Shown: positions 23,301 to 35,591 of the stretch, piece after piece
How the letters are laid out: every line of letters starts with the position of its first letter
Position numbering within the stretch: position 1 is the stretch's first letter
Origin: Nemertoderma westbladi
Lineage: Eukaryota > Animalia > Xenacoelomorpha
DNA length: 45,565 bases
Assembly: GCA_032718475.1 (NCBI GenBank)
Contig: JAUCBJ010004447.1
Coordinates: forward strand, 1 to 45,565
Reading direction: 5' to 3'
The notes under the pieces: model-generated
Told to the model about the DNA's origin: nothing
Database searches by the model: none
Seen by the model: only the letters and a program-made list of their open reading frames with translations
Translations under genes and position numbers: made by a program

Positions 23301-26300
23301 TAACCCTTTATTTGGCTGCAGGGTGTCGGCTATTGTCCCGGTTCGATCACTATAACTCTTTATTTGGCTGCAGGGTGTCGGCTATTGTCCCTGTTCTATC
23401 ACTATAACCCTTTATTTTGCTGCAGGGTGTCGGCTATTGTCCCGGTTCGATCTCTATAACTCTTTATTTGGCTGCAGGGTGTCGGCTATTGTCCCGGTTC
23501 GATCTCTATAACTCTTTATTTGGCTGCAGGGTGTCGGTTATTGTCCCGGTTCGATCACTATAACACTTTATTTGGCTGCAGGGTGTCGGCTATTGTCCCG
23601 GTTCGATCTCTATAACTCTTTATTTGGCTGCAGGGTGTCGGCTATTGTCCCGGTTCGATCTCTATAACTCTTTATTTGGCTGCAGGGTGTCGGTTATTGT
23701 CCCGGTTCGATCTCTATAACTCTTTATTTGGCTGCAGGGTGTCGGCTATTGTCCCGGTTCGATCACTATAACTCTTTATTTGGCTGCAGGGTGTCGGCTA
23801 TTGTCCCGGTTCGAACTCTATAACTCTTTATTTGGCTGCAGGGTGTCGGTTATTGTCCCGGTTCGATCTCTATAACTCTTTATTTGGCTGCAGGGTGTCG
23901 GCTATTGTCCCGGTTCGATCACTATAACTCTTTATTTGGCTGCAGGGTGTCGGCTATTGTCCCGGTTCGAACTCTATAACTCTTTATTTGGCTGCAGGGT
24001 GTCGGCTATTGTCCCGGTTCGATATCTATAACACTTTATTTGGCTGCAGGGTGTCGGCTATTGTCCCGGTTCGATCTCTATAACTCTTTATTTGGCTGCA
24101 GGGTGTCGGTTATTGTCCCGGTTCGATCTCTATAACTCTTTATTTGGCTGCAGGGTGTCGGCTATTGTCCCGGTTCGAACTCTATAACTCTTTATTTGGC
24201 TGCAGGGTGTCGGCTATTGTCCCGGTTCGAACTCTATAACTCTTTATTTGGCTGCAGGGTGTCGGCTATTGTCCCGGTTCGATATCTATAACACTTTATT
24301 TGGCTGCAGGGTGTCGGTTATTGTCCCGGTTCGATCTCTATAACTCTTTATTTGGCTGCAGGGTGTCGGTTATTGTCCCGGTTCGATCTCTATAACTCTT
24401 TATTTGGCTGCAGGGTGTCGGCTATTGTCCCGGTTCGATCACTATAACTCTTTATTTGGCTGCAGGGTGTCGGCTATTGTCCCGGTTCGAACTCTATAAC
24501 TCTTTATTTGGCTGCAGGGTGTCGGCTATTGTCCCGGTTCGATCACTATAACTCTTTATTTGGCTGCAGGGTGTCGGCTATTGTCCCGGTTCGATATCTA
24601 TAACACTTTATTTGGCTGCAGGGTGTCGGCTATTGTCCCTGTTCTATCTCTATAACTCTTTATTTGGCTGCAGGGTGTCGGCTATTGTCCCGGTTCGATC
24701 TCTATAACTCTTTATTTGGCTGCAGGGTGTCGGCTATTGTCCCGGTTCGTTCTCTATAACTCTTTATTTGGCTGCAGGGTGTCGGTTATTGTCCCGGTTC
24801 GATCTCTATAACTCTTTATTTGGCTGCAGGGTGTCGGCTATTGTCCCGGTTCGATCACTATAACTCTTTATTTGGCTGCAGGGTGTCGGCTATTGTCCCG
24901 GTTCGATATCTATAACACTTTATTTGGCTGCAGGGTGTCGGCTATTGTCCCGGTTCGATCTCAATAACTCTTTATTTGGCTGCAGGGTGTCGGCTATTGT
25001 CCCGGTTCGATCACTATAACTCTTTATTTGGCTGCAGGGTGTCGGCTATTGTCCCGGTTCGATCTCTATAACTCTTTATTTGGCTGCAGGGTGTCGGCTA
25101 TTGTCCCGGTTCGATATCTATAACTCTTTATTTGGCTGCAGGGTGTCGGCTATTGTCCCGGTTCGATATCTATAACTCTTTATTTGGCTGCAGGGTGTCG
25201 GCTATTGTCCCGGTTCGATCTCTATAACTCTTTATTTGGCTGAAGGGTGTCGGCTATTGTCCCGGTTCGATATCTATAACACTTTATTTGGCTGCAGGGT
25301 GTCGGCTATTGTCCCGGTTCGATCTCTATAACTCTTTATTTGGCTGCAGGGTGTCGGCTATTGTCCCGGTTCGATATCTATAACTCTTTATTTGGCTGCA
25401 GGGTGTCGGCTATTGTCCCGGTTCGATCTCTATAACTCTTTATTTGGCTGAAGGGTGTCGGCTATTGTCCCGGTTCGATATCTATAACACTTTATTTGGC
25501 TGCAGGGTGTCGGTTATTGTCCCGGTTCGATCACTATAACTCTTTATTTGGCTGCATAGTGTCGGGTATTGTCCCTGTTCTATCACTATAACCCTTTATT
25601 TTGCTGTAGGGTGTCGGCTATTTTCCCTGTTCTATCTCTATAACTCTTTATTTGGCTGCAGGGTGTCGGCTATTGTCCCTGTTCTATCACTATAACCATT
25701 TATTTGGCTGCAGGGTGTCGGCTATTGTCCCGGTTCGATCTCTAACTCTTTATTTGGCTGCAGTGTGTCGGCTATTGTCCCGGTTCGATATCAATAACAC
25801 TTTATTTGGCTGCAGGGTGTCGGCTATTGTCCCTGTTCTATCACTATAACCATTTATTTGGCTGCAGGGTGTCGGCTATTGTCCCGGTTCGATCTCTAAC
25901 TCTTTATTTGGCTGCAGGGTTTCGGTTATTGTCCCGGTTCGATCACTATAACTCTTTATTTGGCTGCAGGGTGTCGGCTATTGTCCCGGTTCGATCTCTA
26001 TAACTCTTTATTTGGCTGCAGGGTGTCGGCTATTGTCCCGGTTCGATCTCTAACTCTTTATTTGGCTGCAGGGTTTCGGTTATTGTCCCGGTTCGATCAC
26101 TATAACTCTTTATTTGGCTGCAGGGTGTCGGCTATTGTCCCGGTTCGATATCAATAACACTTTATTTGGCTGCAGGGTTTCGGTTATTGTCCCGGTTCGA
26201 TCTCTAACTCTTTATTTGGCTGCAGGGTGTCGGCTATTGTCCCGGTTCGATCACTATAACTCTTTATTTGGCTGCAGGGTGTCGGTTATTGTCCCGGTTC

Positions 26301-29300
26301 GATATCTATAACTCTTTATTTGGCTGCAGGGTGTCGGCTATTGTCCCGGTTCGATATCTATAACTCTTTATTTGGCTGCAGGGTGTCGGCTATTGTCCCT
26401 GTTCTATCTCTATAACTCTTTATTTGGCTGCAGGGTGTCGGTTATTGTCCCGGTTCGATCTCTATAACTCTTTATTTGGCTGCAGGGTGTCGGCTATTGT
26501 CCCGGTTCGATCACTATAACTCTTTATTTGGCTGCAGGGTGTCGGCTATTGTCCCGGTTCGATCTCTATAACTCTTTATTTGGCTGCAGGGTGTCGGCTA
26601 TTGTCCCGGTTCGATCTCTATAACTCTTTATTTGGCTGCAGGGTGTCGGTTATTGTCCCGGTTCGATCTCTATAACTCTTTATTTGGCTGCAGGGTGTCG
26701 GCTATTGTCCCGGTTCGATCACTATAACTCTTTATTTGGCTGCAGCGTGTCGGCTATTGTCCCGGTTCGATCTCTATAACTCTTTATTTGGCTGCAGGGT
26801 GTCGGTTATTGTCCCGGTTCGATCTCTATAACACTTTATTTGGCTGCAGGGTGTCGGCTATTGTCCCGGTTCGATCACTATAACACTTTATTTGGCTGCA
26901 GGGTGTCGGCTATTGTCCCGGTTCGATCTCTATAACTCTTTATTTGGCTGTAGGGTGTCGGCTATTGTCCCGGTTCGATCACTATAACTCTTTATTTGGC
27001 TGCAGGGTGTCGGCTATTGTCCCGGTTCGATCTCTATAACTCTTTATTTGGCTGTAGGGTGTCGGCTATTGTCCCGGTTCGATCACTATAACTCTTTATT
27101 TGGCTGCAGGGTGTCGGCTATTGTCCCGGTTCGATATCTATAACACTTTATTTGGCTGCAGGGTGTCGGCTATTGTCCCGGTTCGATCACTATAACTCTT
27201 TATTTGGCTGCAGGGTGTCGGCTATTGTCCCGGTTCGATATCTATAACACTTTATTTGGCTGCAGGGTGTCGGCTATTGTCCCGGTTCGATCACTATAAC
27301 ACTTTATTTGGCTGCAGGGTGTCGGCTATTGTCCCGGTTCGATCTCTATAACTCTTTATTTGGCTGTAGGGTGTCGGCTATTGTCCCGGTTCGATCACTA
27401 TAACTCTTTATTTGGCTGCAGGCGCAGGGTGTCGGCTATTGTTCCGGTTCGATCTCTATAACTCTTTATTTGGCTGCAGGGTGTCGGCTATTGTCCCGGT
27501 TCGATCTCTATAACTCTTTATTTGGCTGTAGGGTGTCGGCTATTGTCCCGGTTCGATATCTATAACACTTTATTTGGCTGCAGGGTGTCGGGTATTGTCC
27601 CTGTTCTATCACTATAACCCTTTATTTTGCTGCAGGGTGTCGGTTATTGTCCCGGTTCGATCTCTATAACCCTTTATTTGGCTGCAGGCGCAGGGTGTCG
27701 GCTATTGTTCCGGTTCGATCTCTATAACTCTTTATTTGGCTGCAGGGTGTCGGCTATTGTCCCGGTTCGATCTCTATAACTCTTTATTTGGCTGTAGGGT
27801 GTCGGCTATTGTCCCGGTTCGATCTCTATAACTCTTTATTTGGCTGCAGGGTGTCGGCTATTGTCCCGGTTCGATATCTATAACACTTTATTTGGCTGCA
27901 GGGTGTCGGCTATTGTCCCGGTTCGATCTCTATAACCCTTTATTTGGCTGCAGGGTGTCGGCTATTGTCCCGGTTCGATATCTATAACACTTTATTTGGC
28001 TGCAGGGTGTCGGTTATTGTCCCGGTTCGATCACTATAACTCTTTATTTGGCTGCATAGTGTCGGGTATTGTCCCTGTTCTATCACTATAACCCTTTATT
28101 TTGCTGCAGGGTGTCGGCTATTGTCCCGGTTCGATCACTATAACTCTTTATTTGGCTGAAGGGTGTCGGCTATTGTCCCGGTTCGATATCTATAACACTT
28201 TATTTGGCTGCAGGGTGTCGGTTATTGTCCCGGTTCGATCACTATAACTCTTTATTTGGCTGCATAGTGTCGGGTATTGTCCCTGTTCTATCCTTATAAC
28301 CCTTTATTTTGCTGCAGGGTGTCGGCTATTGTCCCGGTTCGATCACTATAACTCTTTATTTGGCTGAATAGTGTCGGGTATTGTCCCGGTTCGATCTCTA
28401 TAACTCTTTATTTGGCTGCAGGGTGTCGGCTATTGTCCCGGTTCGATCTCTATAACTCTTTATTTGGCTGCAGGGTGTCGGCTATTGTCCCGGTTCGATC
28501 TCTATAACTCTTTATTTGGCTGCAGGGTGTCGGTTATTGTCCCGGTTCGATCTCTATAACTCTTTATTTGGCTGCAGGGTGTCGGCTATTGTCCCGGTTC
28601 GATCTCTATAACTCTTTATTTGGCTGCAGGGTGTCGGCTATTGTCCCGGTTCGATCTCTATAACTCTTTATTTGGCTGCAGGGTGTCGGCTATTGTCCCG
28701 GTTCGATCTCTATAACTCTTTATTTGGCTGCAGGGTGTCGGCTATTGTCCCGGTTCGATCACTATAACTCTTTATTTGGCTGCATAGTGTCGGGTATTGT
28801 CCCGGTTCGATCTCTATAACTCTTTATTTGGCTGCAGGGTGTCGGCTATTGTCCCGGTTCGATCTCTATAACTCTTTATTTGGCTGCAGGGTGTCGGCTA
28901 TTGTCCCTGTTCTATCACTATAACCATTTATTTGGCTGCAGGGTGTCGGCTATTGTCCCGGTTCGATCTCTATAACTCTTTATTTGGCTGAAGGGTGTCG
29001 GCTATTGTCCCGGTTCGATATAACACTTTATTTGGCTGCAGGGTGTCGGTTATTGTCCCGGTTCGATCACTATAACTCTTTATTTGGCTGCATAGTGTCG
29101 GGTATTGTCCCTGTTCTATCACTATAACCCTTTATTTGGCTGCAGGGTGTCGGCTATTGTCCCGGTTCGATCTCTATAACTCTTTATTTGGCTGCAGGGT
29201 GTCGGCTATTGTCCCGGTTCGATCTCTATAACTCTTTATTTGGCTGCAGGGTGTCGGCTATTGTCCCGGTTCGATATCTATAACACTTTATTTGGCTGCA

Positions 29301-32240
29301 GGGTGTCGGCTATTGTCCCGGTTCGATCTCTATAACTCTTTATTTGGCTGAAGGGTGTCGGCTATTGTCCCGGTTCGATATCTATAACACTTTATTTGGC
29401 TGCAGGGTGTCGGTTATTGTCCCGGTTCGATCACTATAACTCTTTATTTGGCTGCATAGTGTCGGGTATTGTCCCTGTTCTATCACTATAACCCTTTATT
29501 TTGCTGTAGGGTGTCGGTTATTGTCCCGGTTCGATCTCTATAACTCTTTATTTGGCTGCAGGGTGTCGGCTATTGTCCCGGTTCGATCACTATAACCATT
29601 TATTTGGCTGCAGGGTGTCGGCTATTGTCCCGGTTCGATCTCTATAACTCTTTATTTGGCTGCAGGGTGTCGGTTATTGTCCCGGTTCGATCTCTATAAC
29701 TCTTTATTTGGCTGCAGGGTGTCGGCTATTGTCCCGGTTCGATCACTATAACTCTTTATTTGGCTGCAGGGTGTCGGCTATTGTCCCGGTTCGATCTCTA
29801 TAACCCTTTATTTGGCTGCAGGGTGTCGGGTATTGTCCCTGTTCTATCACTATAACCCTTTCTTTTGCTGCAGGGTGTCGGCTATTGTCCCGGTTCGATC
29901 TCTATAACTCTTTATTTGGCTGCAGGGTGTCGGGTATTGTCCCTGTTCTATCACTATAACCCTTTCTTTTGCTGCAGGGTGTCGGCTATTGTCCCGGTTC
30001 GATCTCTATAACTCTTTATTTGGCTGCAGGGTGTCGGCTATTGTCCCGGTTCGATCACTATAACTCTTTATTTGGCTGCAGGGTGTCGGCTATTGTCCCG
30101 GTTCGATCTCTATAACCCTTTATTTGGCTGCAGGGTGTCGGGTATTGTCCCTGTTCTATCACTATAACCCTTTCTTTTGCTGCAGGGTGTCGGCTATTGT
30201 CCCGGTTCGATCTCTATAACTCTTTATTTGGCTGCAGGGTGTCGGCTATTGTCCCGGTTCGATCTCTATAACTCTTTATTTGGCTGCATAGTGTCGGCTA
30301 TTGTCCCTGTTCTATCACTATAACCCTTTATTTTGCTGTAGGGTGTCGGCTATTTTCCCTGTTCTATCTCTATAACTCTTTATTTGGCTGCAGGGTGTCG
30401 GCTATTGTCCCGGTTCGATCTCTATAACTCTTTATTTGGCTGCAGGGTGTCGGTTATTGTCCCGGTTCGATCTCTATAACTCTTTATTTGGCTGCAGGGT
30501 GTCGGCTATTGTCCCGGTTCGATCACTATAACTCTTTATTTGGCTGCAGGGTGTCGGCTATTGTCCCGGTTCGATCTCTATAACCCTTTATTTGGCTGCA
30601 GGGTGTCGGCTATTGTCCCGGTTCGATCTCTATAACTCTTTATTTGGCTGCAGTGTGTCGGTTATTGTCCCGGTTCGATCTCTATAACTCTTTATTTGGC
30701 TGCAGGGTGTCGGCTATTGTCCCGGTTCGATCTCTATAACTCTTTATTTGGCTGCAGGGTGTCGGTTATTGTCCCGGTTCGATCTCTATAACTCTTTATT
30801 TGGCTGCAGGGTGTCGGCTATTGTCCCGGTTCGATCACTATAACTCTTTATTTGGCTGCAGGGTGTCGGCTATTGTCCCGGTTCGATCTCTATAACCCTT
30901 TATTTGGCTGCAGGGTGTCGGCTATTGTCCCGGTTCGATCTCTATAACTCTTTATTTGGCTGCAGTGTGTCGGTTATTGTCCCGGTTCGATCTCTATAAC
31001 TCTTTATTTGGCTGCAGGGTGTCGGCTATTGTCCCGGTTCGATATCAATAACACTTTATTTGGCTGCAGGGTTTCGGTTATTGTCCCGGTTCGATATCTA
31101 TAACTCTTTATTTGGCTGCAGGGTGTCGGCTATTGTCCCGGTTCGATCTCTATAACTCTTTATTTGGCTGCAGGGTTTCGGTTATTGTCCCGGTTCGATA
31201 TCAATAACTCTTTATTTGGCTGCAGGGTGTCGGTTATTGTCCCGGTTCGATCACTATAACCATTTATTTGGCTGCAGGGTGTCGGCTATTGTCCCGGTTC
31301 TATCTCTATAACTCTTTATTTGGCTGCATAGTGTCGGGTATTGTCCCTGTTCTATCACTATAACCCTTTATTTTGCTGTAGGGTGTCGGCTATTTTCCCT
31401 GTTCTATCTCTATAACTCTTTATTTGGCTGCAGGGTGTCGGCTATTGTCCCGGTTCGATCTCTATAACCCTTTATTTGGCTGCAGGGTGTCGGCTATTGT
31501 CCCGGTTCGATATCTATAACACTTTATTTGGCTGCAGGGTGTCGGTTATTGTCCCGGTTCGATCACTATAACTCTTTATTTGGCTGCATAGTGTCGGGTA
31601 TTGTCCCTGTTCTATCACTATAACCCTTTATTTTGCTGTAGGGTGTCGGCTATTTTCCCTGTTCTATCTCTATAACTCTTTATTTGGCTGCAGGGTGTCG
31701 GCTATTGTCCCGGTTCGATATCAATAACACTTTATTTGGCTGCAGGGTTTCGGTTATTGTCCCGGTTCGATCACTATAACTCTTTATTTGGCTGCAGGGT
31801 GTCGGCTATTGTCCTGGTTCGATCACTATAACTCTTTATTTGGCTGCAGGGTGTCGGCTATTGTCCCGGTTCGATCTCTATAACTCTTTATTTTGCTGCA
31901 GGGTGTCGGCTATTGTCCCGGTTCGATCTCTATAACCCTTTATTTGGCTGCAGGGTGTCGGCTATTGTCCCGGTTCGATATCTATAACCCTTTATTTGGC
32001 TGCAGGGTGTCGGCTATTGTCCCGGTTCGATCTCTATAACCCTTTATTTGGCTGCAGGGTGTCGGCTATTTTCCCGGTTCGATCTCTATAACTCTTTATT
32101 TGGCTGCAGGGTGTCGGCTATTGTCCCGGTTCGATCTCTATAACCCTTTATTTGGCTGCAGGGTGTCGGCTATTGTCCCGGTTCGATATCTATAACCCTT
32201 TATTTGGCTGCAGGGTGTCGGTTATTGTCCCGGTTCGATC
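20394..32240 (+). repeat. 52-bp tandem array, 228 copies, each a copy of the exon-5 acceptor junction (TCTATAACTCTTTATTTGGCTGCAG|GGTGTCGGCTATTGTCCCGGTTCGATC)
   Basis: First AG ends 20416, last ends 32213; distance 11797 = 227 x 52 - 7, with indels -7, four -2, two +6 and -4 located by eye. Confidence 0.95.
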
Positions 32241-32353
32241 AAGGACATCCATGATGTTATCAACTTCATCAGGAACAATCCCAGTGTTGGATTCGTATAT
32301 CTCAGCGCTTGCGTTCCCAAATCATCTGTTGAATATCATCCCTATAACCTCAA
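32214..32353 (+). CDS. DNAH6: DNAH6 coding exon 5
   Basis: ggctgcag|GGT..CTCAA|gtaagc. GVGYCPGSIKDIHDVINFIRNNPSVGFVYLSACVPKSSVEYHPYNLK matches DNAH6 IRENEHLGFLYM..PRSSIEYDTYNLK. The first 27 nt are part of the last 52-bp unit. Confidence 0.88.
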
Positions 32354-33405
32354 GTAAGCTTTAGGACAACGTCTAACCACCACGTCCTGGAATATTAATA
32401 TTTTCTTTAAGTTTAATGGCGAAATTTGATTCTTAAAAATATAGTAAAATGCTTTGAAACACAAACACACGGGGGAAATGCAAGTTCTCCATGTGTATTA
32501 AGTAGTTTTGCTTCGTCGTGGCATTTTTGGAACGATCTACGACAACGAAAGTACCATATGATACAATGCGCGGAGTGAGTAATACCATATAGTACAATGC
32601 CCCGGGGTAAGTATATTATTAGTACCATATGGATGGCACAATTCCTAGAGGGGTTTTTTAACATACAACACTGGGTCCTACTTTCTACGATTACCCGCCA
32701 GCGTACACTTGCGTCTGACACCTTCGGTTTAGGTCGTTAGCGTTCGATTTTGCCCCGTAAAATAAATATTTTAACATCTGATGGCGATAAATATCATTAT
32801 AAACTACGGTGGTGATTTGCGGCCTTTTCCCTTTTACCTTAATTAAATAATTTTACTCTTTACCTTCCAAATAATTTTACTCTTTCTTTACCTTTTTCAA
32901 TAATTTTACTCTTTACCTTTTTCAATAATTTTACTCTTTACCTTTTTCAATAATTTTTACTCTTTACCTTTTTTAATAATTTTACTCTTTACCTTTTCCA
33001 ATAATTTGACACTTTTCAACAAGCAGACTTGGCCTTAACTGTTATAAATTGAACCGTTAGGGGTTAAGTACCGGTATTCATCTAGCCTATATTGTACTGT
33101 ACCCTACCCGTTATTGAACGGAACTGAAACAGTGTTAAATAAATATTTGAATTAGGCCTACTACATAGCTATCTATTACGAGGCGGTTTATATTGACTAC
33201 GAATTGTTACGAAAGTTATGTTTGATTTTAATTGTTAATGTTGTTTATCTGTGATATGTTTCACAATGAAAACGTTTTGTATCTTATAGTTCCTCCTTTC
33301 ATATCCTTAAGGGGGGGGGGGGGGGGGGGGGGGGGGGGTTGACTAATTAACCAAAAATGTTCGTTCCCTTATTTAGGAGGCTTCGTTTTACCCAAGATTA
33401 TTAAT

Positions 33406-33490
33406 CAAGCAAGCAGTCGGCCGAAGCCGGAGGCGACCCGAAGGCTCCTCTTTCGATAGCTGCTACCCGAGGAGGGTAGGGGTGTGTTCG
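33406..33490. mobile_element. Interspersed repeat fragment (probable reversed SINE tail), second copy at 40649-40740
   Basis: GTCGGCCGAAGCCG..GCGACCCGAAGGCTCCTCTT..GATAGCTGCTACCCGA..GGTAGGGGTG is shared between the two sites, each preceded by CAAGCAA repeats. Confidence 0.6.
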
Positions 33491-34229
33491 CGCTTTTAGA
33501 CCTTTAGTAGCAGTTTAACCTGCCAAATTTAGGTGTCTTTTTGGTTATAAATCGACTTTTGCCTATAACAAGTATTTGATACACATAAAGCTACATTAGC
33601 CGAAGCCAGCCTATGCGCGATCATTCACCCACGGTTAAGGGAGACTGGATTCGGATGCTTCAACCTTATTGCGGTGTAGACCTACTGTATTATTCGATTG
33701 ATCGTTAATATAATCTCTGACAAATATTATTCACTTTCGGGAAATATTAACAGTTCCTTTAGGACGTGGCGCTCTAAGTATGTAAACAGAGTTATGACTT
33801 ACACTAAACACAACGGGATGGCTAATGATTCACGTATAAAGCGCATTCTTTAGGAGATGCTTTGTTATCTATCACACTCATGCACACTACCGCACACTGC
33901 TGCACACTGATCTGCCGACCTTCACCAATTTTAATCATATATAAGGAGAACAGCAACTGACACATGTAGGGTCTATGAAATAGCATTCAATTCACTCCAA
34001 AACCACTATAAGGTAAGTCGCAATTGCTATATGTAACCGGTCTCTCTAACCTTCAGTATATCAAGAAGATTGGGGTTTTCTGATTATTTATCGATATTCT
34101 CCAAATATAACAACATTCCATTAACTGATAACAATTAATAACCGACAGTAAATAGCAGTAAAATAATGCGGTGAAAGATTGAGTTGATTTGCTATGAGTC
34201 TGCTTTGATAACAGTTATACGTTTCTATG

Positions 34230-35153
34230 TTATTCGTTTATACGTTTCACTAGCAAGCCAGATTTCCGCAAATGATGAGAATTCCACATTTCTCTTATTG
34301 AATTCAGCAACCGTTGCAATAGATCCATATACACATACCGGATCAGTTCTATATGGATCCGATTAGAAGTAGTGATGACACTATAACCATCCAACTGAGC
34401 GAAGTGTTCAATCCAATGTTGTAAGCCAAGTTTTGGAAATTGGCTCCACCACGCCTCAATCCTCTGATTTCGAGAACTTTTACCGTACATATAGGTTGTG
34501 TTATGTTCTGCCCGCGTGTCATCATCAAAAGCTCGCAAATACCGTTGAATAACTTCTATATTAACATTTTCCGTTCCACAGTCGGAACGAATCAAATGAG
34601 GAAGACCTCCAAAATTTTTCACAGCATCAATAAAATAATGTCCGATTACGAATGGATCATTGTTGGTAGAGCTGCACTGCAGCCACAGTAGTTTGCGGCT
34701 ATAACCATCAATGCATCCGTGAAGGGCGAGTCCATAGTTTTTCAACTTATCCCACCCGTCCACATGGTGAATATAGTTTGGTCCTAATGCGTAATAACTG
34801 CGACGTACTACTTTGTTCCTAATGCGATCGGCAACAAGTTGCGGATTTAACGTTTTTTGTATGAGTGCTACTAATTCTTCACGTGCAAATAAACCATACT
34901 TTCGAAGTAGAATCCTCTTCATTTGGCGGTAACCACACGACGGCTCTCGAGAAATGGCGTTTATGATCAGTTTAATATTATCAACATCACACCTCTTCTT
35001 CAAATTTATGTCAAACAATAGGCGACGGACAGTTCGCGATGAAATCCGAATTAAATGTCTCTCATTGAGCAATCTACTGATTTCTAAGTGAGTATACCCT
35101 AAAGAATAGTAATCCGTTAATGTCTCGTTTAAATGTAGCATACTCATGGTCAT
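34230..35153 (-). CDS. Transposase with integrase-core (RNase H fold) DDE domain, 307 aa, C-terminus possibly truncated or spliced
   Basis: N-terminal HTH-like segment (GYTHLEISRLL..ISSRTVRRLL), GYRQM, and catalytic motifs HVDGWDKLK, IDGYSRK, IRSDCGTEN, NQRIEAWW. Confidence 0.88.
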   Translation of the reverse strand: MTMSMLHLNETLTDYYSLGYTHLEISRLLNERHLIRISSRTVRRLLFDINLKKRCDVDNIKLIINAISREPSCGYRQMKRILLRKYGLFAREELVALIQKTLNPQLVADRIRNKVVRRSYYALGPNYIHHVDGWDKLKNYGLALHGCIDGYSRKLLWLQCSSTNNDPFVIGHYFIDAVKNFGGLPHLIRSDCGTENVNIEVIQRYLRAFDDDTRAEHNTTYMYGKSSRNQRIEAWWSQFPKLGLQHWIEHFAQLDGYSVITTSNRIHIELIRYVYMDLLQRLLNSIREMWNSHHLRKSGLLVKRINE

Positions 35154-35591
35154 ACAATATGGCTCACAATGCTATACACAGTTCAGTTCAATCTGTTCAC
35201 AGTAAAGTTGACACCGTTTCAGTTCCGAAAGACTTCAAAGGTCAATAACGGGTATGGTACAATATATGTAGGCTAGGTGAATTCCGCTACCAGTACTTAG
35301 CGGGTTCGATCCGATTCGTACGTTCGATTCGCAACAGTTAAGGCCAAGTCTGCTTGTTGAAAAGAGTAAAATTATTGAAAAAGGTAAAGAGTAAAATTAT
35401 TGAAAAAGGTAAAGAGTAAAATTATTGAAAAAGGTAAAGAGTAAAATTATTTGGAAGGTAAAAGTAAAATTATTTGGAAGGTAAAGAGTAAAATTATTTG
35501 TAAGGTAAAGAGTAAAATTATTTAATTAAGGTAAAAGGGAAAAGGCCGCAAATCACCACCGTAATAAACGTTGTATATTTTATTCTCTCAG

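Larger units (their letters stand above)
32805..35563 (-). mobile_element. Cut-and-paste DDE transposon, IS3EU-like, 2759 bp, in DNAH6 intron 5
   Basis: Ends TACGGTGGTGATTTGCGGCC.. and ..GGCCGCAAATCACCACCGTA. TIRs at 32805-33043 and 35333-35563. 6-bp TSD ATAAAC at 32799-32804 and 35564-35569. Contains an integrase-core ORF. Superfamily name rests on my recall of TAY..RTA ends with 6-bp TSD. Confidence 0.88.

Noticed and set aside
25652-26311. Four repeated 65-aa ORFs
   Set aside because: Caused by the 2-nt deletion variant removing a stop in the 52-bp array.
13937-32240. CRISPR-like appearance of the 28-bp and 52-bp arrays
   Set aside because: Units are head-to-tail with no unique spacers, there are no cas genes, and the context is eukaryotic.
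13937-32240. Centromeric satellite interpretation
   Set aside because: Both units match the flanking dynein exon junctions, so they arose locally inside a gene. Wider distribution cannot be tested here.
34230-35153. Bacterial IS contamination or retroviral integrase
   Set aside because: Embedded with a TSD in an intron of a continuous eukaryotic gene; has long TIRs, and no LTRs, reverse transcriptase or gag.
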